DNA of 64,000 nucleotides from the human T2T-CHM13v2.0 reference genome, Homo sapiens. The notes under the pieces were generated by a model. It saw only the letters and a program-made list of their open reading frames with translations. It was not told where the DNA came from and made no database searches. Within the stretch, counting starts at the first letter, position 1. Every line of letters begins with the position of its first letter. The stretch lies in NCBI RefSeq assembly GCF_009914755.1, contig NC_060935.1. One strand, 5' to 3'. Positions 1-30,498 of this stretch are shown piece by piece. Position numbers and translations under genes: made by a program.

Positions 1-1647
<1,647 letters not shown>

Positions 1648-2239
1648 TGACCTAGAGAGAAGGGGGTTTGGATAATAATATTCAGTTCCAAAGTCACTCA
1701 CTGCTACCAAAAACTCTAGCAGGAATCAAAACCACCTCTTTTCCTAAAACAATGGAACTAAAATTTCTGGGCTAGAATTCCACCAGAAAATTTCCAGAAT
1801 TTCCGGAGTTATAATTGCTCACTTGCATGAGTCGCTGATCAAAGTGTCCTTGGCTGATTTTCACTGGCAGTCATCCTCATTTCATAGGCATCTGATTCAC
1901 TTCAGCCAGCCTTCAAGTCCCACACCCTCCTTCGTCATCAGCTAAGATTACCCTCATCAGACTGTGTTTCTCATGATACTTAGAGACAAAGAATTCACCA
2001 AGTTTTTTTTTTTTTTTAAGATGCTATCCCTTTGAAGTATGCCTTGTAGTCCCCCAAATCCTCTGCTGAGTTTACTTTGATGCATCTATAGTGCACTGGG
2101 TGATACTTTCCTATTTAGTTCTAAGATCATTTCAAGAACTTTGTGGAAGGCTTTTTGGCAGTCGAAACCATTTATATATGTGTATATAGAAGTATTTAAC
2201 ATTTGTTTAGTGCAATAATTTTTCTATCTCAGTGAAGAA

Positions 2240-2375
2240 TTACCGAAGGAGTTTGTTCAAAATGTAGTTCATACCTGGAGATTCTAATTCAATAGGTCTG
2301 GAATGGGCCTTGGGAATCTATATTTTTAACAATAACTTTCAGATGCAAAGGTGAGAAGACTGCATTCTATAAAAC
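2240..2375. mobile_element. MER5-like hAT DNA transposon fossil
   Basis: gattctaattcaataggtctggaatgggccttgggaatctatatttttaacaa resembles the MER5A core. Confidence 0.55.
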
Positions 2376-2384
2376 ACTTATTTG

Positions 2385-2610
2385 TTACTATTAATAGATA
2401 TTAATAGTGTCAGGCAATTTGCTAAAAGCTTTACAGACTTTATTTTATGAAACTATCACATCAATGCTATAATGAAAATATTATTAGCCTCATTTTATAG
2501 ATGACTAAAGAGGGCTGAGAAAGGGAAATGAAAACCCAAGGTCATTAATCAATTATGTTAGATCAGAAATTCAAATTAAATTAAGTCTATGTAGTTGCAA
2601 AATCCAAACT
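2385..2610 (-). mobile_element. MIR SINE
   Basis: ttattagcctcattttatagatgactaaagagggctgaga...cccaaggtca resembles the MIR core. Confidence 0.65.
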
Positions 2611-3119
2611 CTTTCAATTACATTACATTATAAAACAAATTCTGATGTTAAGGACATTACAATTCTAGCAAAAAAAAAAATGGCAATTCTCCATGAGTAC
2701 ATCTTGGGTTAAAAAATTAATCTGTTCTTTAGTTGAAATTTATGTATCCATCAATTTATGCTATATTGTGATAACAAACAATTCATGGGCAGTAGTCACT
2801 TAACACAACTAAGATTATTTTTCCCTGATGCTCCGTGACTACCTTGAGTTGTGCTGGGAATCCTGTACCATGCTGTCTCCATTCAGGGACACAAAGTTTT
2901 GAGCCACTATCATTTAGAACATCACCACTCCCTGTGGCAGGGGAGGGAAATAAAGCAAAAAGGCACCAGCTTTTTTGTTCACATTTCATTAACCAAAGCA
3001 AGCTGTATGGCCATATTTAACATTACAACGGTAGTGAAGTACAATTCTACCATGTGCTCAGAAGGCAGAGAGTTGAAAATACTGTAAACTGCACAATGGT
3101 TCACAGATAGATTAGAAAC

Positions 3120-3315
3120 TGCTAGACTTGGAGAAGGAGGACGTGGGTTCAAATTCTAATTTCACAATGTACTAACCCTATGACTTTAAGCAAGTAAATA
3201 AATCTCAGTTTATTTCCTAAACAAGTATACTAATACTTATGCCATATGTTTGTTGTGAAAATCAGCAAGACCGAGTAAATTCAGTTTAGTGCCTGAAGCA
3301 TAAGTGCTCTCACTA
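3120..3315 (+). mobile_element. MIR SINE
   Basis: gacgtgggttcaaattctaatttc...tgactttaagcaagt...tctcagttt. Confidence 0.65.
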
Positions 3316-3479
3316 AAACTAGTGGAATTGGAAATAATCACTTTGCTGACTATCCTTACCTATCACATGCCAATGATGTTTCAGATTCACATAGTTTCTA
3401 TTTTATTCTCACATTTCAATTTAAAGATGGTGTCTAAAGAAACCACTGGGTAGGGAGAATTAAAGGCAGCTAGCTTGCT

Positions 3480-3890
3480 AGTATGGGAAGCTCTCGTAAA
3501 CTAGCTTTCTCAGTAAATAGACTCTAGGGTAGATATTTGTTTGCAGGAACAGTACCTGAAAAGGGATGAAGGAAGTAGGACTGAATAAAAGGAAAAACTG
3601 ACTTGTAACACAGTAACAACAGAACCAATCTGCTTGGGAGCTCTGGAACTGGGGTGGCACTTCGGGGATGGTCTGGATTGTGGCATAAGATCCTGGGCTA
3701 ACCTTGGACCAGGTGGTGCCCTTAGAAGGAAATGCCTGGAGAGGGATTCAGCTGACAGCCATAACCAATTCCTGGAGAGGGATTCAGCTGTGAGGCAGTC
3801 AACATTTGCTACAGCTGGGGAAACTAGGGGACTGAGGGTCTCAGGCCTGAATGGAGGGGTCTGAGAAATGGACCATGACACCTGCTTTGA
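3480..3890. mobile_element. Old ERVL-type LTR remnant (family uncertain)
   Basis: ggagctctggaactggggtggcacttc and its flanks resemble old ERVL LTRs. Contains a 20-bp direct repeat at 3735 and 3771. Confidence 0.4.
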
Positions 3891-4354
3891 AAGTAAACCT
3901 AGAGATAAAATCAGCTATAAAACTGAAAGACTATGGACTATGACGTCTTATTATTTTTCATTAAATCTTGCTTCCATTTGAACAATAAGTTAACTGAGGT
4001 ACTTAAGGTTTAATATTCTAGTATATAAATAGTGACCCCAAACTGTTTCCTCTTGCCTGTCATTCTCATCCAGGAATAATTGACCTCCAAGGATTACTAT
4101 CAGAATGTTAGATCTAGTGCCAAAAAGCAACTATTTTCATGACAATCGCCTCAGAAATAATTACTAGAGGCAAAAATCATTTTTGGCTTATTTTTAGCTT
4201 GGATGAAATACTTTCTAAACAGATACATCTTACACTAGAATATTGTACCTCTCTAGGACTTCTTAGGGATGTTCCAGTGAGGCACCAGGAGCCACAGGAT
4301 AAAGACGGCACATTTTTGGAACATGGCATGATTGGATGACATGAAAGATTGTGA

Positions 4355-4706
<352 letters not shown>

Positions 4707-6343
4707 GATAAATTATATCTTTCAATAAATGTCATGGTAGATGTAGGGCATTCAAACCACATGGAGACACAAATTCATTTTGCTGTGCCTTTAAGGACAC
4801 TTTCTAGAAACTTTTGGGAAGCATACTCTAAACTATTGCAGCTTTCTTACTTCTGGCTTATCATGATCTCTTTGAAATTTCACAATTTTCATACTGCAGA
4901 AACATATCTCCAGCAGTTGTTTCCTTGGGAATTAGAATAAATAAAGGAAGCTTATATTTCTGTAGAGCACAAAGATCAATTACATCATGTCTTATCCTTC
5001 AGTGAGGCTTTATGTTACCAAGCCCAATAAGCCTCCAAAGAGATATCAAGAATTCGTCACTCAAACTGTCTAAAATAAGGTCATGGTAAAATGTAAGTGA
5101 GAATAGGATCTGAAATGGAATTATTATGCATATCCCACAACCAAAATCTTTTTACATAGTTTATCTCATATAAACCAATTTTTGAGAAGCACTATTCTGA
5201 TTCTATAAATAAATAAACTGGGACTAGGAGAATTTAGAAAAATGGGAAAGGGCTTAAACTCAAGTTGTGGGTCTTCAATTATTTATGTTAACAAACTATT
5301 TGCCAAAATATTAAATTATTTTGACTAATACAGAGAAGCCCTATGGTATAGAAAGCTGTCTGGGATTCAGAATCAGATAGAAGTTCAGATTCTGGTTCTA
5401 GTACGTACTAATTCTACGACATTTGGAAAGCACTTAAAACTTTCGAGCCTTAAATACTTTATCTGAAAAATGCAAAATACCAGATTTGGGTTGTGAATAT
5501 AAGAATAATACCTAAAAGCACAGCAGAAATTGAATAAATAATGATAATTTTATAACATATTACATATGAGATCCATAAAATAACCTTCCAGGAACTTCCA
5601 GATCTAACTTTATATAATTCCTGGAACGATGAATTTAATGAGTATGCCTAAATAAATGTGCCACCTCCAAGCCTACTTAGCATGAAGCCTCCTGGAGTCC
5701 TGGTAGGTACTTGGAAACCCCAGGAAGAGGAGGGATATGCTCTGACTTACTTGGCTACTCATCTGTGTAATCCAGCCTATCTCTCAATTGTCTGTGCTTC
5801 TCTCAGGCAGTTGTTGACAATAAGATCATCAAACATCCTCTAGTTTTCCCAAAGAAGGCTTGGTAATATTCCCAGAATGCTTTAAAAAAAAATCTTCCTC
5901 TTCTACATGACCCATTTTCGCCTGGGATATTTTCTTCACTATTTGAGCTAGTTTTAATTGAAGTTGATAATTCTTGGGTGCCTTCCACATGCTCCCTGAT
6001 GAGGGTGATATAAATGGACACAATAAACAGACCATCTAATATTGATAGAGTCTACAGCTGCATCTGCTAATTAGGGCCACTAATGGCTTTTGGGGCAAGA
6101 GTTCCCATATGATGTTTGTTTAATTAAAGTCTTTGTCTGCCCTCCTCAGAAGGGTGAAAAATATTCCACTTAAAATGCACTGAAAGCAAACATAGCTGTT
6201 AGAAGGCAGAACATTCGATAATAGTCCCTTCTGGACTCCCAGAAGGAAAATTTTAGGGCAAAATAATATTTTTTTCTTGAAGGTACATACAGTGTTGTTA
6301 TTATTTTAATTAAACTAGGTAAATTATTCTATTTCCAATTTCA

Positions 6344-6444
6344 TATATATGTAATTCATATATATATATGTGTGTATATATATGTGTGTGTGTGTATATA
6401 TATATATATGTGTGTGTATGTGTGTATATATATATATATATATG
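6344..6444. repeat. Compound (TA)n/(TG)n microsatellite
   Basis: Read directly from the sequence. Confidence 0.95.
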
Positions 6445-7131
6445 GTTCAAATGTGAGCCAGGAGGATTAGAGCAGGGAATATGAAGCAGACTGGGTCTCT
6501 CAAATATTATCCTATGAGTAATGAGCTCACCTTGACCAACTACGTAATGTTTTCTCTCAATTACAGGCTGAGTTATTTACTCCAGATCTCTAATTATCTA
6601 TTATAGGTCATGAGATAAGATGCACTGTGGTAGGATGGTGAAGTGGAAAGTGCCTTGGGCAGAGAGACAGAAAGTGGATGTTAGTCCTGACTTTGCTATG
6701 AATTTAGAAAATTATTGTTTGAGTCTTCATTACTTTATTAAGAGAAATGGAAGTATGTATATTTAGGGAGGACTTTAACTGGCTTAATTTAAAAGATACT
6801 TTCCTGCTTTAATGTCTTTGATTATATTATCTTTGATTTGGGGGATTTTTCCAAATGTGGCTCACATGAATTACCAATTCGTAAGTAATTAAAATATAAA
6901 AGGGTTTTTATACCACACAGATAGAAGGCTCTGATCTATATGGCTGACCTGGGTTCACAGTTTAGCCCTATGTTTTCCCAAAAACAGGAAAGATCACATT
7001 GGCTTGATTCTAAGCTGTACTTTATTCTATCTCCACTTGTTTCTGAAATCAAGATACTTCTCAAAGCCAAAAAGTTACTGGCCTAAGTTTTAACATAGCT
7101 GTCACTGCTTATAGGTAGGCAAATGTAGCTC

Positions 7132-7173
7132 TGTGAGTGTGTGTGTGTGTGAGAGAGACAGAGAGAGAGAGAG
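7132..7173. repeat. (TG)n(GA)n microsatellite
   Basis: Read directly from the sequence. Confidence 0.9.
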
Positions 7174-7490
7174 GATAACTGTTTATCTGTCACCTCAGTT
7201 TAGTTACTGGCACTATGCTAGGGGTTACATTTCAACTTTTAAATTTGGATCCCTAATTGTTACTTAATATGCTTTGAAAAATGTTACACTAGGAAGCAGC
7301 AGTGAACAAAAAAGTTGTTAAAAGTTTTGACACTTTCCTGTTACACACAAGTCAATAAATAAAAAGTAGATTTATCAACTCTCTCAAGGTATGTTATGAA
7401 ATAGTTAAAGCTAGGAGAGATTGATCTAATCAGGTTACAGGTTACATGTGTGAAGGGCTGTGACTTTAATCATGGAATTATCTTCTCAAA

Positions 7491-7615
7491 CTTTTTTCCT
7501 TTTCCTTTCCTCATTTCCTCTATTTTTTTCTTTCCTTTCCCTCTCTCCCTTCCTTCTTCCTTTCCTTCCTTTCCTTCTTTTCCTTCCTTTCCTTCCTTTC
7601 TTCCTTCCTCTTTTT
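7491..7615. repeat. Polypyrimidine (TTCC/TTTCC)n tract
   Basis: Read directly from the sequence. Confidence 0.9.
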
Positions 7616-7894
7616 AAATAAGTGACTTGATTTTTAGCATCTTCACATTACGAAAAATTCAGCGTATATATAAAATTACAATCAACATCTCAGCACCCGA
7701 AATTAATAATCAGTACTATTAAGAGTATATCATTGCAGAATTACCTGTATACCTATATACAGATCAAATGATAGATACACTACTAGATTTAAAATGTTAA
7801 GATACTTGGGTTGAGTTATGCATATTTTAAAATTAAACGTATTAAATTTAGTTAAATAAAAATGAAATGTAGTAAATGAGATAGCATATATAAA

Positions 7895-8713
7895 AATATT
7901 TCTTGCTCTGTCAGCTGAGAAGTCCTAGAATCAAGGATATTTCAGTTATAGCAAACACACCTAGCACCGTATCATGGTTTCTAATACCATTCTCCAACAA
8001 AAGAAAACAGGGCTACTTAGAGAAATGGCTGAAGCTAGGGCTAAGACAGAAAATATAAAAGATGATTCCAGAGGATTTTATAGTGCCAGAAAATAAGGGA
8101 ATGCTGAAAAAAAAAAAAAAAAAAAACAACAACTCACAACTATTGAGTATGTCAGACGGATATGGGGCAACTGGAAAGAACTTCAATGACCAAAACTGAA
8201 ATTATCTGAGCAGCAAAATAAGTAAAAAATTATTATATTATAATCCAAATTATAAAAAAAATTCAACTAACTAGAATTAGTTTATTAGTTTGGTCATTAA
8301 TTTAATTAGAATGAAATAACATAAACAAATCTCCCCTGCCGAAGAATTCCAAACAATTTATGGAGATACTTCACCCTCAAGGAGGTTAAATATAATTCAC
8401 AATTCCTTAAATGAAGCCTGTGCATAGTGACTTCTTGCTAAAGAGTAAACCATAAGAAGTGAGAAGAAGAATAACTTTAGAATAGAGAAACTTGACAGAC
8501 ACTACCCCAGCCAAGTGATTAAAGATAGTAGTCTTAAATTATGTAGATACTACAGACCCTTGGTACGATGTGATAAAAATGGCACTTTTGGGGGGTGAGC
8601 TTCACAAAACCTCATAAGCCCATTCTAACCCTGAAAACTATATTAAACAAATTTAAATTTAGAAACGGCTTATGAAACATGTGACATGTGCTCATCAAAA
8701 AGCTCAAGGTCAT
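7895..8713 (+). mobile_element. Old L1 3' UTR fragment (L1MC/L1MD type)
   Basis: cttgctctgtcagctgaga...ggtttctaataccattctcc...gagaaatggctga matches my recollection of the L1MD/MC 3' end. Confidence 0.75.
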
Positions 8714-11700
8714 TTAAATGGTCTAAATGCCCCACTTAAAATGGGCGGAGTGGCAAGTTGGATTTAAAAATAAGGCCCATTAATCTGTTATCTTCAAGAG
8801 ACCCATGTCACACATAATGACACCCATAGGCTCAAAGTAAAGGGTTGGAGAAAGAGTTATCATGCAAAAGGAAACAGAAAAGAACAGGGGTCACTATCCT
8901 AATGTCAGATAAAACAGACTTTAAAACAACAATGGCACAAAAGTACAAAGAAGGGCATTACATGTGGATAAATGGTTGGATGCAACAAGAAGACTTAACT
9001 ATCCTAAATATATATGCACCCAACATTGGAGCACCCAGATTCATAAAACAAGTACTTCTAGAACTACAGAAAAATTTAGACAGCCACATAATTATAGTGG
9101 GGAACTTCAACACACTACTGACAGTGTTAGATCACTGGGGCTAGACTTAAATTTGACACTTGACTTAAATTTGACACTTGACCAACTGGGCCTACTAGAC
9201 TTAAATTTGACACTTGACCAACTGGGCCTACTAGACATCTACAGAATGCTCCATTTATCAATTACAGAATATATACTCTTCTTATCTGCATATGCAACAT
9301 AGTCAAAGATCGAACACATGCTCAGTCATAAAGTAAATCTCAACAAATTCAAAAAAACTGAAATCATATGAACCATATCCTTGGACTACAGTGGAATAAG
9401 AATAGAAATCAATACCAGAAGATCTCTCAAAACCACACAACAACACGGAAATCAAACAACTTATTCCTGAATTACTTTTGGGTAAACAGAAAAATTAAAG
9501 CAGAAATCAAAAAATTATTTGAAATAAATAAAAACAGAAAAACAACATACCAAAATCCCTGGTATGCAGCAAAAGCATTGTTAAGAGGAAAATTATGGTG
9601 CTAAATGGCTACTTTAAAAAGTTAGAAAGATTTCCGCTTGAACCTAGGAGGCGGAGGTTGCAGTGAGCTGAAATCGTGCCATGCACACACCAGCCTGGGG
9701 GTTAGAATGAGAGTCTGTCTCAAGAGAAAAAAAAAAAAGAAGAAAGATTTCAAATTGACAATCTAACATCACATCTTGAGGAACTAAAAAAACAAGAACA
9801 AACTAACCTCAAAGCTAGCAGAAGAAAAAGAAATAATTACAATCAGAGCAGAACTGAATGAAATTGAGACCCAAAAATCTATATACAGAATCAATGAAAC
9901 CAAAAGTCAGTTCTTTGAAAGGATGAACAAGACCAATAAACCGCTAGCTAAGTTAACAACAACAACAAAAAGAGTAGAAGTTCCAAGTAAGCTCAATCAG
10001 AAATGACAAAGATGACATTACAACTGATCCCACAGAAATATAAAAGATTCTCAGAGACTATTATCACACTTCTTTTGGCACAAACTAGAAAATCTAGAGG
10101 AATTAATAAATACCTATAAGCACACAATCTCCCAAGATCAAATCAGGAAAAAACAGAAACCTTGAGCAGACCAATATCAAGTTCCAAAATTGAATCAGTA
10201 ATTTTTAAAAAAATCTTCCAACCAAAAAGAGCTCTGGACCAGGTGGATTCACAGCTGAATTCTGCCAGACATACAAAGAAGAGCTGGTACCAATTCTACT
10301 GAAGCTATTCAAAAAAATTGAGAAGGAGCTACTTTTCCCTAACTAATTCTACAAAGCCAGCATCATGCAGATATGAAAACGTGGCAAAAACACAATGAAG
10401 AAACTACCGACCAACATCCCTGATTAACATACATACAAAAATCCTCAAAAAATTCTAGCTAAATGAATCCAACAGCACATGAAAAGGTTAGTTCACCATG
10501 AATAAGTAAACTTCATTTCTAGGAAGCAAGGTGGTTGGTTAAACACATGTGAGTCAATAAATGTGATTCACCACATAAAGAGAATTAAAAACAAAAGCTA
10601 TGTGATCATCTCAATAGACGCAGAAAGAGCTTTTGATAAAAGCCAACATCCCTTCATGATAAAAACTCTCAACACACTAGGTATCAAAGAAAATACCTCA
10701 AACCAAAAAAGATCCATCTATGACAAACCCACAGCCAACATCAGATTGAATGGGCAAAAACTGAAAGCATTCCCTTTGACAACTGGGACAAAGTTGGAAG
10801 CATTCCATTATCTGACTTCAAACTATACTATAAGGCTACAGTAACCAAAACAGTATGGTACTCTACAAAAACAGACACATAGACCAACGGTACAGAGAAG
10901 AGAACCTAGAAATAAAGCTGCATACCTATAACCACCTGATCTGTGAGAGATTCAACAAAATAAACTCCCATCCAATAAATGGTGCTGGGATAGCTGGCTA
11001 GCCATAGGCAGAAGAACAAAACTGACCCCCTGCCTTTCACGATTTACAAAAATTAACTCAATATGAATTAAAGATCTAAATGTATGACTGTAAACTGTAA
11101 GAATCATAGCAGAAGATCTAGAAAACACCATTCTGGACATCAGCATTTGGAAAGAATTTATGACTAAGTCCTCAAATGCAATTGCAACAAAAGCAAAAAT
11201 TGACAAGTGGTACCTAATTAAAGTAAAGGGCTCCTGCACAGGATTTGAAACTATTGACAGAGAAAACTGACAATCTACAGAATGCAAGAAAATATTTGCA
11301 AACTGTGCATCCAACAAAGGACTAATATTCAGAATCCAAAAGAAAGTTAAACAATTGAACAAGAAAAAAGCAAATAACCCCATTTAAAAATGGGCAAAAG
11401 ACACTTTTCAAAATACACACAAGTGGCCAAGAAACTTGAAAAAAAATGCTCCATATCACTATTCTTTACAGGAGAAATACAAATCAAAACCACAGTGAGA
11501 TACCATCTCACACCAGTCAGAATGGCTACTACTAAAAAGCCAAAAAACAACACATGCTGGTGAGGCTGCAGAGAAAAGGAAACGCTTATATATTGTTGGT
11601 GGGAATGTAAACTAGTTCAGGCACTGTAGAAAACACTTTGGAGATTTGTCAAAGAGCTTAGAGATATCATTCAACACAGCAATCCCATTACTGGGTATAT

Positions 11701-11742
11701 ATCCAAAAGAAAATAAATTGTTCTACCAAAAAGATACATGCT
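8714..11742 (+). mobile_element. LINE-1 ORF2 segment (older L1PA, about L1PA15/16), truncated at both ends and internally deleted
   Basis: Starts at the endonuclease N-terminus (NGLNAPLK). ORFs 8845-9144 (LTILNIYAPNIGAPRFIKQVL) and 10563-10844 are ORF2p pieces. Confidence 0.93.
9635..9740 (+). mobile_element. 5'-truncated Alu (right-arm 3' part) inserted in L1
   Basis: cgcttgaacctaggaggcggaggttgcagtgag...poly-A. TSD agaaagatttc at 9624-9634 and 9741-9751. Confidence 0.93.
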
Positions 11743-11785
11743 TTTGACACATATCATTATGTTTACAACATTTTACATTTACAAC

Positions 11786-12111
11786 TGTTTTTAGGCCATT
11801 CTCGCATTGCTATAAAGAAATACCTGAAACTGGGTAATTTTTGTTTTTTAAGAATATTTTATTGGCTCACAGTGCTACAGGCTACACAGGAAGCATGGCA
11901 CCAGCCACTGTTTCTAGGGATGGTTCAGGAAGCAGAAGGTGAATGGGGGCAGGCATATCACACTGTGGAAGCTGGAACAACGGAGTGGAGGTGCCACACT
12001 TTACAAAACCAGAACTCACTCACTATCACAAAGACAGCCATGAGGTATCCTCCCCCATGACGCAAACACCTTTAACCAGGCTTCACTTCCAAAATTGGGT
12101 ATAACATTTCA
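11786..12111 (-). mobile_element. MaLR MST-type LTR, left part (split by L1)
   Basis: tgt..taggccattctcgcattgctataaagaaatacctgaaactgggtaattt is the MST terminus. The element resumes at 19941. Confidence 0.85.
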
Positions 12112-19940
<7,829 letters not shown>

Positions 19941-19995
19941 TGAGATTACATTTCAACATGAGATTTGGGTGGGGACAAATTTCCAAATTATATCA
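19941..19995 (-). mobile_element. MaLR MST-type LTR, right part
   Basis: gattacatttcaacatgagatttgggtggggacaaatttccaaattatatca is the opposite MST terminus. Confidence 0.85.
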
Positions 19996-20129
19996 ATAAA
20001 ATTTAAAAATGTGCTGTAACAGTACTGCTTCTGTGTTTAACTTTAGTTCTGTATTTAAATAATTTCAGTGCTAACATTTTTACTCTAACATGACAGTTTA
20101 TCTATCAAAAAGTTACAACTAACTTAATA

Positions 20130-20758
20130 GTTAATAATGAAAGACTGGATGCTTTTCACCAAAATAAGGAAGAAGAGCAAGAATCTTGGGTCTTATCAGT
20201 TCTACACAATGTTGTACAGGAGCTTCTAGGCAGGGCACTGTGCAAGAAAAAGAAATAAGAGGCATCAAAACTGGAAAACAAGAAGTAAAACTGTCTTCTG
20301 TGCAACATGTACAAAACCTATGAAATCTACAAAAAAAGCTACTAGAAAAAGTGATTTTACCAAGGTTGCAGGATTCAAGGTAAGTATATAAATTATATTC
20401 TCATCTACTAGCTATAAATGATTGGAAACTGAAATTTAAAAGATCACATACAATTGTATAAAATAACATTAAATACTTCATAATAAATCTGACAAAACTG
20501 GGCAAAATATGTACAATAAAAGTTACAAAATATTGCAGAGAGAAATTAAAGAACATCTAGATAAGTGAAGAGATAAACCATGTTAATGACTAAAATGTGT
20601 CTATGTGCAAAATTGTAATTTTTTCAAACAAATAGATAAATTTAATGCCTTTCCAATCCAAATCCCAGAAGAATTTTCTGTATATATTATCTCATTGTTT
20701 CTAAAGTGTAAATTCATGTTACAAGAACCAAAACAATTTTTTAAAAGAACAAAGTTGG
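20130..20758 (+). mobile_element. Old L1M ORF2 fragment, left part (split by L1MA)
   Basis: Degenerate RT region (caagaaaaagaaataagaggcatc; KFNAFPIQIP) ending at aaaagaacaaagttgg. Confidence 0.8.
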
Positions 20759-28478
<7,720 letters not shown>

Positions 28479-29857
28479 AAAAGAACAAAGTTGGGGGACT
28501 AACCTTCAAGAAATATTATATGGCTACAGTTTACAATTATGTTTTTAATCTATACAATTATGGCACTGGCAACAAGATAGACAAATAGATAAATGGAAAA
28601 GAATAGAACCTTCAGAAACTGGTCTGCATAACTGATTTTGATGGACAATTGATTTTCAACCTAAGTGCAATGGTAATTCAGTGGGAAAAGGATTGTCTTT
28701 TCAACAAATGGTGGTGGAATAATTGAATATCCATATACAAACAATGACTTTGGTCCATACTTCACAGTGTATTTTTTAAAAAGTAACTCAAAATATATTT
28801 GAATCTAAAAGTAAAACCTAAGAGCATAGATAATTTAGAAAAAAATAAGAAAACCTTTATTATATTGGTTAACAATTAATTTCTTAGTTATGACATATGA
28901 AGCACGATCCACAAGAGAACAAACTGATAATTTGTATTTCATCAAAATTAATACCTTCTGCTCTTTAGAAGACATTGTTAAAAGAATTACAATACATAGC
29001 AACGGTCTGGGAGAAAATATATCAAATCATGTATCTGTAAAGGACTTGTATCCAGAATATATAAAACTCAATAATAAAACCTAAAAATTTAATAATAAAA
29101 AATGTAATCAGCAAAATATTTGAACAGACACTTCACCAAATAAGACATAGTGGTGACAAATATATACACAACAAAGTACTAAACATCATTAGTCATGTTA
29201 AAAATGCAAATTAAAACAAAAAATGAGATATTGCAATATAGCTATTACATGGGTTAAAATAAAAAAAGACCAACCAATTGGCAAGCATGTCAAGGAAATG
29301 GAACTTTTATGCATCGAGGCTGGAAGTATAAAATGGTACAACCACTTTGAAAGATAATTTGGCAGTTACAAGTTAAACATATACCTACTATGTGGTCTAA
29401 TCATTCACTCTTCGGGTTCTATTCAAGAGAAATGAAGCATATGTCACTCAAAGACTCATATATGAATGTCCTAGAAGCTTTATTTATACTGCGCAAAACT
29501 TGAAACAACCCAAATATCCATCAACAGTGAATGAGAATCTGTGATATATCCATAAATGGAATATTACGCAGCAATAAAAGGTATAAATTATTGGCTGGGT
29601 GCAGTGGCTCAAGTCTGTAATCCCAGCACTTTGGGAGGCTGAGGTGGGTGGATCAAGAGATCAAGACCATCCTGGCTAACATGGTGAAACCCTGTCTCTA
29701 CTAAAAATACAAAAAGTTAGCTGGCGGGCACCTGTAGTCCCAGCTACTCGGGAGGCTGAGGCAGGAGAATGGCATGAACCCGGAAGGCGGAGCTTTCAGT
29801 GAGCCAAGATTGTGCCACTGTACTCCAGTCTGGGGGAAAGAGTGAGACTCCATCTCA

Positions 29858-29896
<39 letters not shown>

Positions 29897-30262
29897 TGTA
29901 AATTATTAACACATTATAACATTGATAAATCTCTAAATAATTATACCAAATGAAAGAACTCAGACAATAGAGAGGACATAAATGTATGTATTCCATGGAC
30001 ATAAAAGTCTAGAAAATGCAAATTAATTTATAGCAACAAAAAGTAAATCAGCTGTTTCCTAATGGGAGAGGGGTGCAGGCAGAGAGCAGCCTGAGAGAAA
30101 GGTTACAAAGGAGCATAAGTAAACTTTTGTGGACAATCTATATGTGCATTGTCTTTACTATGGTGATGGTTTCATGAGTGTACACATCTGACAGAACTTA
30201 TCCAATTGTGTATTTCATAAACATGCAATTAGTTAAACATTATCTCTCCATATCAATTTTTA
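28479..30262 (+). mobile_element. Old L1M (L1ME-like): ORF2 3' part and 3' UTR, right part
   Basis: Resumes at the KNKVGG codons. The 3' end ggtgatggtttcatgagtgtacacatctgacagaacttatccaattgtg resembles L1ME1. Confidence 0.8.
29593..29894 (+). mobile_element. AluY with two micro-deletions and an A36 tail
   Basis: AluY diagnostic positions. Imperfect TSD aaaaggtataaattatt (29576-29592) versus aaaagatgtaaattatt (29891-29907). Confidence 0.93.
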
Positions 30263-30467
30263 AAGTAAGAAAATCAGAACATCCCCATGAGGATGGGCCA
30301 AACACTTTAAATGAATAAAATTAATTAAACTTTTCAATTTTGAATGTGAAAAATCTTAGACTTAAACACTGTGATACTGAAAAGAATGAGGTATTTAATT
30401 ACAGAGATACAAATAGGCTAACAATCAGTTGAGAAAACATTTACTGTGTCTTAATTTTTTATTGAAA

Positions 30468-30498
30468 ACATACACACACACACACACACGTACACACA
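30468..30498. repeat. (CA)n microsatellite
   Basis: Read directly from the sequence. Confidence 0.9.

Noticed and set aside
9144-9233. Short repeated units superficially like a CRISPR array
   Set aside because: No unique spacers, derived from L1 sequence, eukaryotic context and no cas genes.
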